The notes under the pieces were generated by a model. It did not search any database, had not been told where the DNA came from, and was given only the letters and a program-made list of their open reading frames with translations. A DNA stretch of 55,869 nucleotides from NCBI GenBank assembly GCA_041624375.1, contig JBFJVD010000002.1:1-55869 (forward strand). The letters are read 5' to 3'. The position numbers and the translations under genes are program-made. Shown piece by piece: positions 17,874 through 27,140 of this stretch; positions within the stretch are counted from its first letter, which is position 1, and every line of letters starts with the position of its first letter. Origin of the DNA: Anaerolineales bacterium. GTDB lineage: Bacteria; Chloroflexota; Anaerolineae; Anaerolineales; E44-bin32.

Positions 17874-20800
17874 TCAAGCGGTCTCGCCATTGAGCGCCTG
17901 GCGTACCAGCCGGGCCAGCGTCTCCGAATTGAGCGGCTTCTGCACCCAGACCACCTGCTCGCGGTCGAGCAACATGCGCGTGTTCCGACCGAGAGGGTAG
18001 CCGGTCATCAGGATCATGCGCAGCTCCGGATAGCGCTCCTTGAGCTGATGGTAGAGGTCCACGCCACCGAGCTCGGGCATCACCATGTCGCTGATCACGA
18101 TGTCGATTTCCTCGGGCTGGGCTTCGAAGACCTTGAGCGCTTGCGCACCGTTCTCAGCCATGAGGACATCGTAGTTCAGCGACTGGAGAATCTCGCAGAC
18201 CGCCTCGCGCGTTGCGGGCTCGTCTTCCACCACAAGGATGGTCTCGCGTCCGCCGCGCAGCGGCGCGGGCCGCTCCCAGCTTCGCACCTCTTCGGCAACG
18301 GCAATGTCGAGCGCGGGCAGGTAGAGCACAAACGTGGTGCCTTCGCCGACGCGGCTGACAACGTCGATATAACCGTTGTGCTGCTTGATGATGCCATAGA
18401 CCTGCGCCAGGCCGAGACCGGTTCCCTGCCCCGGGGCTTTGGTGGTGAAGAAGGGTTCAAAGATGTGGGGCAGATCCTCAGGTGTGATGCCTTGCCCGCT
18501 ATCGGTAATCTTGATCCGGACCCAGTCGCCCTTCGGCATCCCGCGGAAGGGGGATGTCTGGCCCGGGCGCACCCGCCAGCGGTCGACCTCGAAGCGGAGC
18601 CAACCGCCTTCCCGCATCGCATCGCGGGAGTTCAAGGCCAGGTTCATGAAGACCTGCTGGAAACGGGCCGGGTCCACCCGGATCATCTCTCCATCACCGG
18701 CATACTCCAAGTCGAGCTGGATGCTTTCCGGCAGCGTGCGCTCGAGCAGTTTCATGAACTCCTTGAGGAACGGGATCAGATCGATCGGGATCATGTCCAT
18801 GATCGTCTGACGGCCGAAGTCCAGGATCTGGCGGGTGAGGGTGGTGGCCCGGTGGGCCTGTTCAATCACCACCGAGAGCCGTTCGCTGCCCTTCGGCGTG
18901 AGGTCCGGCTCATCGAGCAGCATCTCGCTGAAGAGGATGATGGCGTTCATAATGTTGTTGAAGTCGTGGGCAATGCCGGCTGCAAGCTGGCCGACCGCGG
19001 CCAGGCGGTCCTGCTGGTGGACGCGGTTCTGGACCCGGCGGACTTCGGTGACGTCGCGCAGAAGGACCGTCCAACCCGGGTTCTCTTCTTCACCGGACAT
19101 CGAAGTGGCCAGCACTTCGTAGGTCCGCTCCTCACCGTTCACGATGCGTAGTTCGTGTGGCAGGCCGTCCGATCGGGTTTCGAGCAAGCCGCCGATCGGG
19201 CGCCCGCCGAGCACGCTGAGCTTCTCACCTTCCTCGACCCCAGCCAGCAGATCCAGGTAGCGCTTGGCGGTGGGGTTGGCATGGATGATCCGCAGGTCGC
19301 CATCGAGGGTGACGATGCCCTCCTGAACGGTCTCGAGGATCAGCTCCAGCTGCCTTGCCTGGCGCCGGATCTGCTCGATCAGCTTCAGGCGCTCGACGGC
19401 GCCGCCGAGCTGCGAACCGATGGCGTCGGCGAGCGCAACCTCTCCTTCGCTCCAGGCGCGGGGGAAACCGGAAGCCAGGATGAGGCCGCCCATCGTCCGA
19501 CCTTCGCGCCGCAGCGGGACGGCAAGGGAGGCGCGCACGCCAAGATCGAGCGGCACGGCCACATGCGCCGGCTCGGGCGAGCGCGCCAGCCGCTGCTCCC
19601 AATCCTGCACAATGAGCGGGCTGGTGAGGTTGCGGGTCCCGATGAAGACCCTGGAAATCGGTGTCTCGCCGTAGAGTTCCGGCAGGCCGCTGTGCTCGAC
19701 CAGCGGCGGGTTGTCCAGCCAGGCAACGCCGCGTTCAAGACCGAGCGCGTTGAGGGTCTCACGCAGGGCTACTTTGAGCAGGTCGGTGAGCTCGGGCGCA
19801 GCTGCAGCGGCGGAGATGACGGCGTTGAGGGCGCTTTGCTGTGCCGCCCGTTGGCGCGCTTCCTCAAACAGATCGGCGTTGGCCAGGGCCAGCGCGACCT
19901 GATTGGCGAGTGCCGAAAGCAGATCAATGTCGTGGCGCGGATAGAAGTCGTCGGGATCCCGACGCCCGAAGAGCCAGATGCCGATCGGCTGCTCGCGCAC
20001 TTCGAGCGGGATCGCCACCCTCACCCAGGCAAGCGGAGATTGGTCCCGGTCCGGTTCGGGGCGGTAGCTGCCCGCCTGCTCCAGCAGTGCGTCGAGCACA
20101 CCGTGCTCCTGCGGCAGGCTGGTAGGCTCGACTCCTTGATGGTAGATCACCGTTGCCGGTTGGCCGCGGGTGAAGACGGCCAGCGCGGATTCACGGATCA
20201 GCAGGCTCGGGGCGACCGCATCACGCAGCAGCTGGACCAGTGCCTGGCGATCGGCGACGGTTGGGATTTGGGCGGCGAAGTAGCGCAGCAGCTCGTCGGG
20301 GTTGTGGCGCGTGCCGTATGCCAGCCGGTCGAAGGCGCGCTGGTAGGCGCTGCGCAGCACGGGCGCAGCGGCGACGAACACCGCCGAGAGCACCAGGCCA
20401 AGGAAGATCGATTCGGTTGAGGCGCGAATCCAGCGGATGCCGAGCACGTAGACGAGCGTGAAGGCGGTCACATAGACCAGCAGGAAGCTGTAGTTGCTCA
20501 ACAGGCGGCTGATGCGGAATTCCAGGTTGCCGGACTGCCGCCGGTAGAGGGCATAGGTGTAGAACAGCGGCATCGCTGGCAAGGACAAGGCAGAGATGGC
20601 GCTCAGCCAGAAGGATGCCAACCGAGCACCAGTGAGGGTGGGGACGGCCCACAAGATCACCCCCGGGCCAAACGCCAGGGCAATGCCTACCAGCAGCCAG
20701 CGCGTCGCCAGCCGTTCGGCCGGGGAACCGCGCAGCCAGCGGTAGAAGAGCAGCCCCAGGCTCGCACCGACGCCAACCAGCAGTCCAAGCAGATAGAGGG

Positions 20801-21536
20801 ACGGGGGGAGGACTTGAAACACCTCAAGCCCGGTTAGGACTCCGGCGATCGCATACAGGCTGATAAATGGCCAGCGCATCTGCTGGCGGATCAGTGGTGA
20901 AGGAACGATCAGGTGCAGGTGGACGTAGGCGGCAACCATCGCCCAGGTGACGGCGCCGAGCACGATCGACGAATAGGCGATGCGGGTAAAAGACACACTC
21001 CCGGCCACCAGCCAGACCGCGGTGAGATAGAAGACCAGGATGAGAGCCAGCCAGCGGTCGTCGCGCGGCCGGAGGAAGAGCAGCACTGCTGTTCCGGCGA
21101 GCCAGAACGGCAGGAAGATCAACGTGCCTGAAAACCTGAGCAGCCGGTCATCGAGCGTCACCGGTGGCATGGTCCATTCGGCTTCCACTGTGCGACCGGC
21201 GCGAAGCAAGCGGAGCGGGAGACGGTCTCCCGGCTGGAAACCTTCGAATGGAACGACGACCAAATTGCCTTCGTAGGTTTCTTTGGTGAGGTCCCCGAGC
21301 TGGAGGAGCACATCCCCGGGCAGCACGCGGCCGGCGACCGCCTCACACCACAGCTCGCGCCCCTGGCAATTGCTGAGCGCATACACGCGCAGGGTTTCGT
21401 CGTGGTCGATTCCGGGGTAGGGCGCGGCGTAGGTGTAGCTGAGCGTGAAGGTGAGGCATACGCCCAACACGATCAGTGAGAGCAGGCCAAGCAGCCACTC
21501 TCTCTCGCGGAACACTCGCTTGTCCGAGTCGGCCAT
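17874..21536 (-). CDS. Membrane hybrid sensor histidine kinase (TM, PDZ-like, ~9 TM, GAF, GAF, PAS, HisKA, HATPase, REC); ComP-like input
   Basis: PDZ-like loop ([11 protein letters not shown]...[13 protein letters not shown]), ~10 TM helices, two GAF-type segments, PAS ([16 protein letters not shown]), H-box AHDFNN, N box [11 protein letters not shown] boxes DSGQG/GTGLGL, REC (VVEDE, SDMVMP, QKP). Confidence 0.92.
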   Translation of the reverse strand: MADSDKRVFREREWLLGLLSLIVLGVCLTFTLSYTYAAPYPGIDHDETLRVYALSNCQGRELWCEAVAGRVLPGDVLLQLGDLTKETYEGNLVVVPFEGFQPGDRLPLRLLRAGRTVEAEWTMPPVTLDDRLLRFSGTLIFLPFWLAGTAVLLFLRPRDDRWLALILVFYLTAVWLVAGSVSFTRIAYSSIVLGAVTWAMVAAYVHLHLIVPSPLIRQQMRWPFISLYAIAGVLTGLEVFQVLPPSLYLLGLLVGVGASLGLLFYRWLRGSPAERLATRWLLVGIALAFGPGVILWAVPTLTGARLASFWLSAISALSLPAMPLFYTYALYRRQSGNLEFRISRLLSNYSFLLVYVTAFTLVYVLGIRWIRASTESIFLGLVLSAVFVAAAPVLRSAYQRAFDRLAYGTRHNPDELLRYFAAQIPTVADRQALVQLLRDAVAPSLLIRESALAVFTRGQPATVIYHQGVEPTSLPQEHGVLDALLEQAGSYRPEPDRDQSPLAWVRVAIPLEVREQPIGIWLFGRRDPDDFYPRHDIDLLSALANQVALALANADLFEEARQRAAQQSALNAVISAAAAAPELTDLLKVALRETLNALGLERGVAWLDNPPLVEHSGLPELYGETPISRVFIGTRNLTSPLIVQDWEQRLARSPEPAHVAVPLDLGVRASLAVPLRREGRTMGGLILASGFPRAWSEGEVALADAIGSQLGGAVERLKLIEQIRRQARQLELILETVQEGIVTLDGDLRIIHANPTAKRYLDLLAGVEEGEKLSVLGGRPIGGLLETRSDGLPHELRIVNGEERTYEVLATSMSGEEENPGWTVLLRDVTEVRRVQNRVHQQDRLAAVGQLAAGIAHDFNNIMNAIILFSEMLLDEPDLTPKGSERLSVVIEQAHRATTLTRQILDFGRQTIMDMIPIDLIPFLKEFMKLLERTLPESIQLDLEYAGDGEMIRVDPARFQQVFMNLALNSRDAMREGGWLRFEVDRWRVRPGQTSPFRGMPKGDWVRIKITDSGQGITPEDLPHIFEPFFTTKAPGQGTGLGLAQVYGIIKQHNGYIDVVSRVGEGTTFVLYLPALDIAVAEEVRSWERPAPLRGGRETILVVEDEPATREAVCEILQSLNYDVLMAENGAQALKVFEAQPEEIDIVISDMVMPELGGVDLYHQLKERYPELRMILMTGYPLGRNTRMLLDREQVVWVQKPLNSETLARLVRQALNGETA

Positions 21537-21544
21537 GACCAGCC

Positions 21545-22489
21545 TTATGCGAGCAACTCTTCGGGCACCTCCGCCCCGACCTCTTCGAGCAGGTGCACCA
21601 AGGGACGGAGCTGCTGAACCAGTAACTCTAGCATGCTCTCCCGCCGGGGCAAGTCCAGCGAATCGATCTGCGCTGCCGCCTGGCGATGGCGCAGGAGCAG
21701 GTGGTAGGCGCAGTAGCTCACCGCGCCGCCGCGAATCAGGATCTGCTGGGCCTCCGCCAGGCGCGCCGGATCGTCAACCTGCGCGGCCAGCTCTGCGAAG
21801 CGCTCCTGATCCGTATGGTCGGCAGTGAGCGCGTAGCGCAACAGCAGGTTGTTGCCCGGGTGGCGCCAATCGGGGTTGGCCGGCGATTCGAAGGCATCGA
21901 GCAAATCGTCGTGGAGCTGGACCACCTCACCGACAAGAATTCCGATGTCGTACAGGCCGTCGGCAACCTCCGGCGCAGCGCCGCCGAGCAGGGCTCCGAG
22001 CTGCAGGGCCGCGCCATAGAACGGGGTGCTCTTGGCACGGACCACCGCCCAGTACTCCTCCTCGGTGGCCGGATGCTGCGCGTCGAGATGCTGGCCGCGA
22101 GCGGTCTCGAGCAGCATGGCGCTCAACTGTCTGATCGCCTCCGCGCGGCGTTCCGCGGGAACATCGGCGCGTGCCAGGGCATGGAAGGCGGCCGACTGCA
22201 GCCCAAGCGCCAGGTTGGCTGTCGGCCCGACTCCCTGGCGAACATGTTCGCCGCGCGGATCCTCGTCGAGCATGTCATCGACGAAGATGATGCTGATCTG
22301 GCTGAGAAGGATCGCCGCTGCAGCGGGTAGCGCCTGTTCTGCTTCAGCGCCGACGGCCTCACAGGCGGCCAGTGGAAGCGACCAGTCGATGCTCCCGCCA
22401 GCAGCCTCAAGCAGCTCGTTCAGTTCTGGCCAGCTGCTGACCTCTGGCAGGTCTTGCAGATAGGCTTTAACGTCGGCGATCTCGCTCAT
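21545..22489 (-). CDS. Isoprenyl-synthase-fold prenyltransferase, ComQ-like (putative peptide Trp prenyltransferase)
   Basis: DDMLD, GQHLD, KS, QLHDDLLD; lacks the N-terminal GGKRxRP and the post-FARM RRG IPP-binding motifs of chain-elongating synthases; lies between the small Trp-tailed peptide and the sensor kinase. Confidence 0.8.
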   Translation of the reverse strand: MSEIADVKAYLQDLPEVSSWPELNELLEAAGGSIDWSLPLAACEAVGAEAEQALPAAAAILLSQISIIFVDDMLDEDPRGEHVRQGVGPTANLALGLQSAAFHALARADVPAERRAEAIRQLSAMLLETARGQHLDAQHPATEEEYWAVVRAKSTPFYGAALQLGALLGGAAPEVADGLYDIGILVGEVVQLHDDLLDAFESPANPDWRHPGNNLLLRYALTADHTDQERFAELAAQVDDPARLAEAQQILIRGGAVSYCAYHLLLRHRQAAAQIDSLDLPRRESMLELLVQQLRPLVHLLEEVGAEVPEELLA

Positions 22490-22537
22490 GCGTCCCTGCT
22501 CGAATACTCCCTGAACCGGCGATCTTCGATTAAATGA

Positions 22538-22594
22538 CGGCGCGCCGCGTATCGGTCCACGGAATAGATTTCCATGGAGCGCTGCAGCGCGCCG
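22538..22594 (-). terminator. GC-rich stem-loop between the peptide gene and the prenyltransferase (possible partial terminator or mRNA stabiliser)
   Basis: Minus strand CGGCGCGCTGC...TCCATGGAA-ATCTA-TTCCGTGGA...GCGGCGCGCCG; no strong U-tract. Confidence 0.45.
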
Positions 22595-22647
22595 GCAACT
22601 CAGAAGATAAAGATGTCAGTTGCGCACAGGCAACAAGTATCGCTCGA

Positions 22648-22815
22648 CTAGCGCCCCCACCACCATGCCGCAAGCGCGTAGGCCGTCGTCGCAGCGGTCA
22701 CGTCCTCAGGCCTCTCGATCCTCGTCAGCTTGCGCAGTGCCTCTAGCCAGGCTTCTTCCTTGCGCTCAGAAGTAATCAACTTGCTGAACTCATGGATCGT
22801 CAGTGCTGTATCCAT
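22648..22815 (-). CDS. 55-aa ComX-like pheromone/RiPP precursor (not in the ORF track)
   Basis: GGAGG 7 nt before ATG; translates to MDTALTIHEFSKLITSERKEEAWLEALRKLTRIERPEDVTAATTAYALAAWWWGR*; Trp at positions -3 to -5 from the C-terminus; directly upstream of the prenyltransferase. Confidence 0.8.
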   Translation of the reverse strand: MDTALTIHEFSKLITSERKEEAWLEALRKLTRIERPEDVTAATTAYALAAWWWGR

Positions 22816-23004
22816 TTGTTCCCCTCCGGCAGTGAGTTACTTTCTACGCGACAGCGTGCATCGGCTGCAGACCGAACCTACCCCTGGAGCCTCTGCGTGA
22901 CGATTACCTCCTCTCTTCTGAGTTAGGGCAGACACAGAAGATTGCCCGCCATTAAATAGGAACAGCCTGTGCGTTTGTGCTGTCGCGCTCCCTCAATAGT
23001 GTCC

Positions 23005-23069
23005 AGTATAGAGAATTCTTGCAGAAAAATAAATAGCCACATATGTCGGTTTTAACGTGACAAACGACA
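23005..23069 (-). promoter_or_regulatory. Putative promoter and upstream inverted repeat for the peptide operon
   Basis: Minus strand -10 TATACT (23005-23010) with a poor -35; AT-rich region; TGTCG-N16-CGACA inverted repeat at 23044-23069. Confidence 0.5.
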
Positions 23070-23111
23070 GGGGTAATGGTTTTCTAACCTCGGGATAACG
23101 TCCGCGCAGGT

Positions 23112-24278
23112 TTACAGGGGTTCGGTGCGCGTCAGCCGGCTCTCGATTCCGCGCTCCGAGAGCGCGGAAAAGAAGCGCCCGGCGTCCACCGCCTGCTCCG
23201 GTGGCCAGACTCCTGGCTGCTCCAGCGAGCGGTCCGCCAGCCAGCGGCCGACGACCGCCGGCGGGCTGGCCACCATCAGCTTGCCGCCCGACATTCCCCA
23301 CCGTTCATGCGGCCAGGCGGTGGTATCCATCCGCAGGCGTTGCGCTTTCCCATTCGAGCCGCCGTCGACCACGGTGACCACATCCTTGAACCCCAGCGTC
23401 TTCGGCGGCAGCTGGGCAGCCGGCGACTGGCGCAGGAGGGCGATCAGCACCTCGCGCGGGGCGACCTGAACGCCGCCCACCTCGATCGGATCCCGGCGCG
23501 CGAAACCCAATTCGGCCAGGAACTGGAGTTTGCGGAGGGCCGGCTCGGCGTAGCCGAAAAAGGTGATTTTGAAGAAGCACTCGCGGATGCCCTTCTCGGC
23601 AAAGGTCAGTGGGATGGTGGCGACCTCGGAGTGCAGGCTGAGGTGGGTCTTGGCGTGCCCGATCGGCTCGGGGAAATCGAAGAACTCCTCCTCGCCCAAT
23701 GGGGGCGCCTCGACGAAGCGGCCCTCGCGAAAGACCATCGCCGGCTGGCTGATCTCATCCAGGATGGTGTCCACCGAATAGGCCCAGGACAACGACTCGC
23801 CCTCGTCGAGCGTGCTGCCATTGTAGATGCGGACCGACTCGATCGTGTCGAGCATGGCGCCCAGGTGGCCGGCCTGCACGTTGGCCACGCCGGGACAGCT
23901 CCCCAGACCCAGCAGCGCCGTCACGCCGGCCTCGCGGAACGCCTCGCCCAGCTCAAGCTGCTCTCGGGTGGTGTGGAACAAGCCGCCCAGATCAAGGTAC
24001 GGGACCCGAGCCCGCAGGCACCCTTGCATGACGTCGAGGTTGAAGTAGTACTGCACGCTGTTCAGGCAGGCGTCTGCGCCGGCGAGCACCGCATCCAGCG
24101 ATTGCGGATCCGTGACGTCGACCTGCGCGGGAGCAGCCCCGCCCCCGAGACGTTCGGCCGCTCGATGGGCGCCGGCTTCATCGAGATCTGCGACGATGAC
24201 TTCTCCGACATCTTCAACCAGGTCCTGTGCGATGGCCGAACCGATGATCCCCGCTCCGCCTAGCACGACGATCCGCAT
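23112..24278 (-). CDS. Saccharopine dehydrogenase-family oxidoreductase
   Basis: Rossmann VLGGAGIIG, YLDLGG, GLGSCPGVAN, HSEVATIP. Confidence 0.88.
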   Translation of the reverse strand: MRIVVLGGAGIIGSAIAQDLVEDVGEVIVADLDEAGAHRAAERLGGGAAPAQVDVTDPQSLDAVLAGADACLNSVQYYFNLDVMQGCLRARVPYLDLGGLFHTTREQLELGEAFREAGVTALLGLGSCPGVANVQAGHLGAMLDTIESVRIYNGSTLDEGESLSWAYSVDTILDEISQPAMVFREGRFVEAPPLGEEEFFDFPEPIGHAKTHLSLHSEVATIPLTFAEKGIRECFFKITFFGYAEPALRKLQFLAELGFARRDPIEVGGVQVAPREVLIALLRQSPAAQLPPKTLGFKDVVTVVDGGSNGKAQRLRMDTTAWPHERWGMSGGKLMVASPPAVVGRWLADRSLEQPGVWPPEQAVDAGRFFSALSERGIESRLTRTEPL

Positions 24279-24307
24279 GCGCGTGACTCCTCAATCAGTC
24301 TGCGGCG

Positions 24308-25765
24308 TCAGTCCCAGGGGTACCACCAGGACTTCACGCCGCCTTCGATCTCCCAGTGAAGGTGCTTTGTTTCGAGGAAGGCTTCAAAACCCTCCTCGCC
24401 GAGCTCGCGCCCCAGCCCCGATCGCTTCATGCCGCCAAACGGCCCGGCCAGGTTGTCGATCAGCGGGTCGTTCACCCATACATTTCCCGCCTCGATGGTC
24501 TCCATGTAGCGCTTCACCCTGCGCGCGTTGCGGCTGAAGAGCGTGGCGCCAAGCCCGTAGTGCCCGCGGTTGGCGCGCTCCAGCGCCGTTTCGAAATCGT
24601 CCACCGGGACGATCGGCAGCACGGGACCGAAGGTCTCCTCCCGCATCAGCAGCATGTCGTCATCCACTTCGGTCAGCACGGTGGGCGCGTAGTAGTAGCC
24701 GCGATCCGGCTCGGCGGGGATGGCGCCGCCGGTATGGGCCACCGCGCCCGCCTCGAGCGCCTGCTCGATGTGGCGGATGACCTTCTCCCGCTCCTGCGGT
24801 CGGATCATCGGCGTCACTTCGCTTTCTGGATCCGAACCAGGCCCGATCGTCAGATGCCGGGTGAGGTCCAGTATGCGCTCGAGCAGCGGCTCGAAAGCCG
24901 GCGCCTCGACGAAGGCGCGCTCGATCGAAGTGCAGACCTGCCCGGCGTTGAGGAAACCGCCCCACACGGCTGCGCGGGCCGCAGCCTCCAGATCCGCATC
25001 GGCGCAGACGATCAGCGGATCCTTCCCCCCGAGCTCAAGGTTGATCCGCTTCAAATCATCCGCTGCGAGGCGCATCAGATGCTGCCCGGTCTCGACGCTG
25101 CCGGTGAAGGCGATCATGCGCACATCCGGATGCCGGGCCAGCCGTTCGCCGACCACCGGTCCGTCGCCGCTGACAAGGTTGACCACGCCGGCGGGCAGGT
25201 GATCGAAGATGCGCTGCAGGCCGAGGGTGGTCCAGGGCGTGTACTCCGCCGGTTTGACGACCACGGTGTTGCCCGCTGCAAGGGCAGGGGCCAGTTTCCA
25301 GGCGAGCAGGAGCAGGGGATAATTCCACGGGAGGATGGCGGCGACGACTCCCAGTGGCGCCTTCAGCACCAGCGAAAGCTGACCCGGCTCAGGTGAGGGG
25401 ATCACGCGGCCTCGATGGTGGCGCCCTAGCTCCGCGTAGTAGTCGAAGCACTCGGCCGCCCACTCCACGTAGCCGCGATTCTTGCGGATGGAGCGGCCCG
25501 TTTCCATCGTCAGCTCGACGGCCAACGTCTCTTTGGAGGCCCGCATGCGGCGGGCAATCTCATGCAGCAGCCCGGCACGCTCGGCGGCAGGCACGCGCCG
25601 CCATTCTTTGAAGGCGGCGCGCGCGGCAGCGACAGCGCGATCCGCATCGACCTCGGTTCCCCAGGCGACCTGCCCAACAACCTCCGTAGTTGCCGGATCG
25701 ATGACCGGCTGGGGTTCGCCGCTCCCGCTGGTCCGCTGGTTGTTGATCCACAGATCCCGCATCAC
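24308..25765 (-). CDS. Aldehyde dehydrogenase
   Basis: PWNYP, FTGS, ELGGK, NAGQVC catalytic Cys, EETFGP, PFGGMKRSG. Confidence 0.95.
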   Translation of the reverse strand: MMRDLWINNQRTSGSGEPQPVIDPATTEVVGQVAWGTEVDADRAVAAARAAFKEWRRVPAAERAGLLHEIARRMRASKETLAVELTMETGRSIRKNRGYVEWAAECFDYYAELGRHHRGRVIPSPEPGQLSLVLKAPLGVVAAILPWNYPLLLLAWKLAPALAAGNTVVVKPAEYTPWTTLGLQRIFDHLPAGVVNLVSGDGPVVGERLARHPDVRMIAFTGSVETGQHLMRLAADDLKRINLELGGKDPLIVCADADLEAAARAAVWGGFLNAGQVCTSIERAFVEAPAFEPLLERILDLTRHLTIGPGSDPESEVTPMIRPQEREKVIRHIEQALEAGAVAHTGGAIPAEPDRGYYYAPTVLTEVDDDMLLMREETFGPVLPIVPVDDFETALERANRGHYGLGATLFSRNARRVKRYMETIEAGNVWVNDPLIDNLAGPFGGMKRSGLGRELGEEGFEAFLETKHLHWEIEGGVKSWWYPWD

Positions 25766-25773
25766 GCCTCCGC

Positions 25774-27084
25774 TCAGCGTGTGGTGCGCTTCACCGCCTC
25801 CTCGAACGTATTCAACGTTTCGGCGATCACCGCTTCATCGTGGCTGTAGGAGAGGAACCAGGGTTCGCGTCCGTCCGCATCCGGCATCACGCCCAGCTCG
25901 CACAGCACGAAGGCCAGCTTTTCATAGCGCGCATGGTCCGATTTGAGGTAGTCGCGGAAATCGCGCGGTTCCTGATCGCGACCCAGACCGATGCCGAACA
26001 TGCCGGGCACGCCAGTGATCGTGTGGGGGATGCCGGCGTCGGAGAGGATCTCACCCAGGCCGCTCATGAGCAGCCGGCCGTTCTGATTCAGGGTCTCGAG
26101 CACCGGCTCTTCTTCGAGGATTTCGAGCGTGGCAGAGGCGGCTGCGGCCCCGACCACGCTGCCGGAATAGGTGCCGCCGTGTGCCGTCGCGCCCGGCTCG
26201 ATGGTCATCATCACCTCGTCTTTGCCGGCGATGGCCGCGATCGGAAAGCCGTTGCCGAGCGCCTTGGCGTACGTGACCAGGTCGGAGCGGACGCCGAAGT
26301 AGGCCTGAGCGCCGCCGTTGGCCATGCGGAATCCGGTTTTCACTTCGTCCATCACCATGACGATACCGTACTCATCGCAGAGCTGGCGGATGAGCTGAAG
26401 AAAGCCCTCTTCCGGCATCACACCGGCGGCGTTGCCCAACATGGGCTCAACAAAGATGGCGGCAAGATCGCCCCAGTGGGCGCGCACCGTCCTTTCCAGC
26501 AGTTCGCCGTCATTAAAGGGCAGGCTCAAGACGTATTGCGCGATGGCGGTGGGTATCCCGGAGGTTGATGGAATCGGGATCGGGCTGCGGCGCGAGCCCA
26601 TGACACTCAGCGGAGTCGAGGCCGTGCTGTACATGAAGTAATCGACCATCCCGTGGTACTGCCCCTCGAACTTGATGAACTTCTCACGCCCGGTGTGCGC
26701 GCGGGCGATCCGCAGGGCGTGCATCGTCGCCTCGGTGCCCGTGTTCGTCAGCCGGACTTTGTCCACGCCGCAAAGGCGGCAGATGCGCTCAGCGACCTCG
26801 ATCTCGAGCGGAGTGGTCCAGGCAAACAAAGTGCCCCCTTCGATCGCCTGCTGCACGCGCTGCACCACCCTGGGTTCTGCATGCCCAAGGATCAGCGGAC
26901 CGAAGGCAAGCCGGTAGTCGATGTAGCGCTTGCCGTCCGCATCCCAAATGTGAGGGCCTTCACCGCGGGTGATCACCAGCGTGTCGTCAGGGCCCCAGTA
27001 GCGGAAATTGGAGTTGACGCCGTAGGGTATGAACTGCTGGGCTCGCAGGAAGGCGTTGCGGGTTTCAGGTCCTTGGAGTGGCAT
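25774..27084 (-). CDS. Class III aminotransferase (GSA-aminomutase-like fold)
   Basis: DADGKRYIDY, GTEAT, FEGQYHG, DEVKTGFR, PLP Lys in YAKALGNG, HGGTY. Confidence 0.9.
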   Translation of the reverse strand: MPLQGPETRNAFLRAQQFIPYGVNSNFRYWGPDDTLVITRGEGPHIWDADGKRYIDYRLAFGPLILGHAEPRVVQRVQQAIEGGTLFAWTTPLEIEVAERICRLCGVDKVRLTNTGTEATMHALRIARAHTGREKFIKFEGQYHGMVDYFMYSTASTPLSVMGSRRSPIPIPSTSGIPTAIAQYVLSLPFNDGELLERTVRAHWGDLAAIFVEPMLGNAAGVMPEEGFLQLIRQLCDEYGIVMVMDEVKTGFRMANGGAQAYFGVRSDLVTYAKALGNGFPIAAIAGKDEVMMTIEPGATAHGGTYSGSVVGAAAASATLEILEEEPVLETLNQNGRLLMSGLGEILSDAGIPHTITGVPGMFGIGLGRDQEPRDFRDYLKSDHARYEKLAFVLCELGVMPDADGREPWFLSYSHDEAVIAETLNTFEEAVKRTTR

Positions 27085-27140
27085 GGCTAGGGTTCTCCGT
27101 CATTGGCCCCGGCGTCGCGCACCGGAAGATTGGGCGGGTC

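Noticed and set aside
21545-22489. Annotation as ordinary GGPP/FPP synthase (ispA/crtE)
   Set aside because: IPP-binding motifs are missing and the context is peptide plus kinase rather than isoprenoid genes.
22534-22746. 70-aa + strand ORF overlapping the peptide gene
   Set aside because: No RBS or recognisable features; the minus-strand 55-aa ORF has a strong RBS and fits the operon.
22993-23301. 102-aa minus-strand ORF
   Set aside because: Overlaps the dehydrogenase 3' end out of frame and runs through promoter-like AT-rich DNA.
25774-27084. Calling this hemL
   Set aside because: GSA-like fold, but embedded in a polyamine operon with no tetrapyrrole genes and a divergent N-terminal motif (GVNSNFR).
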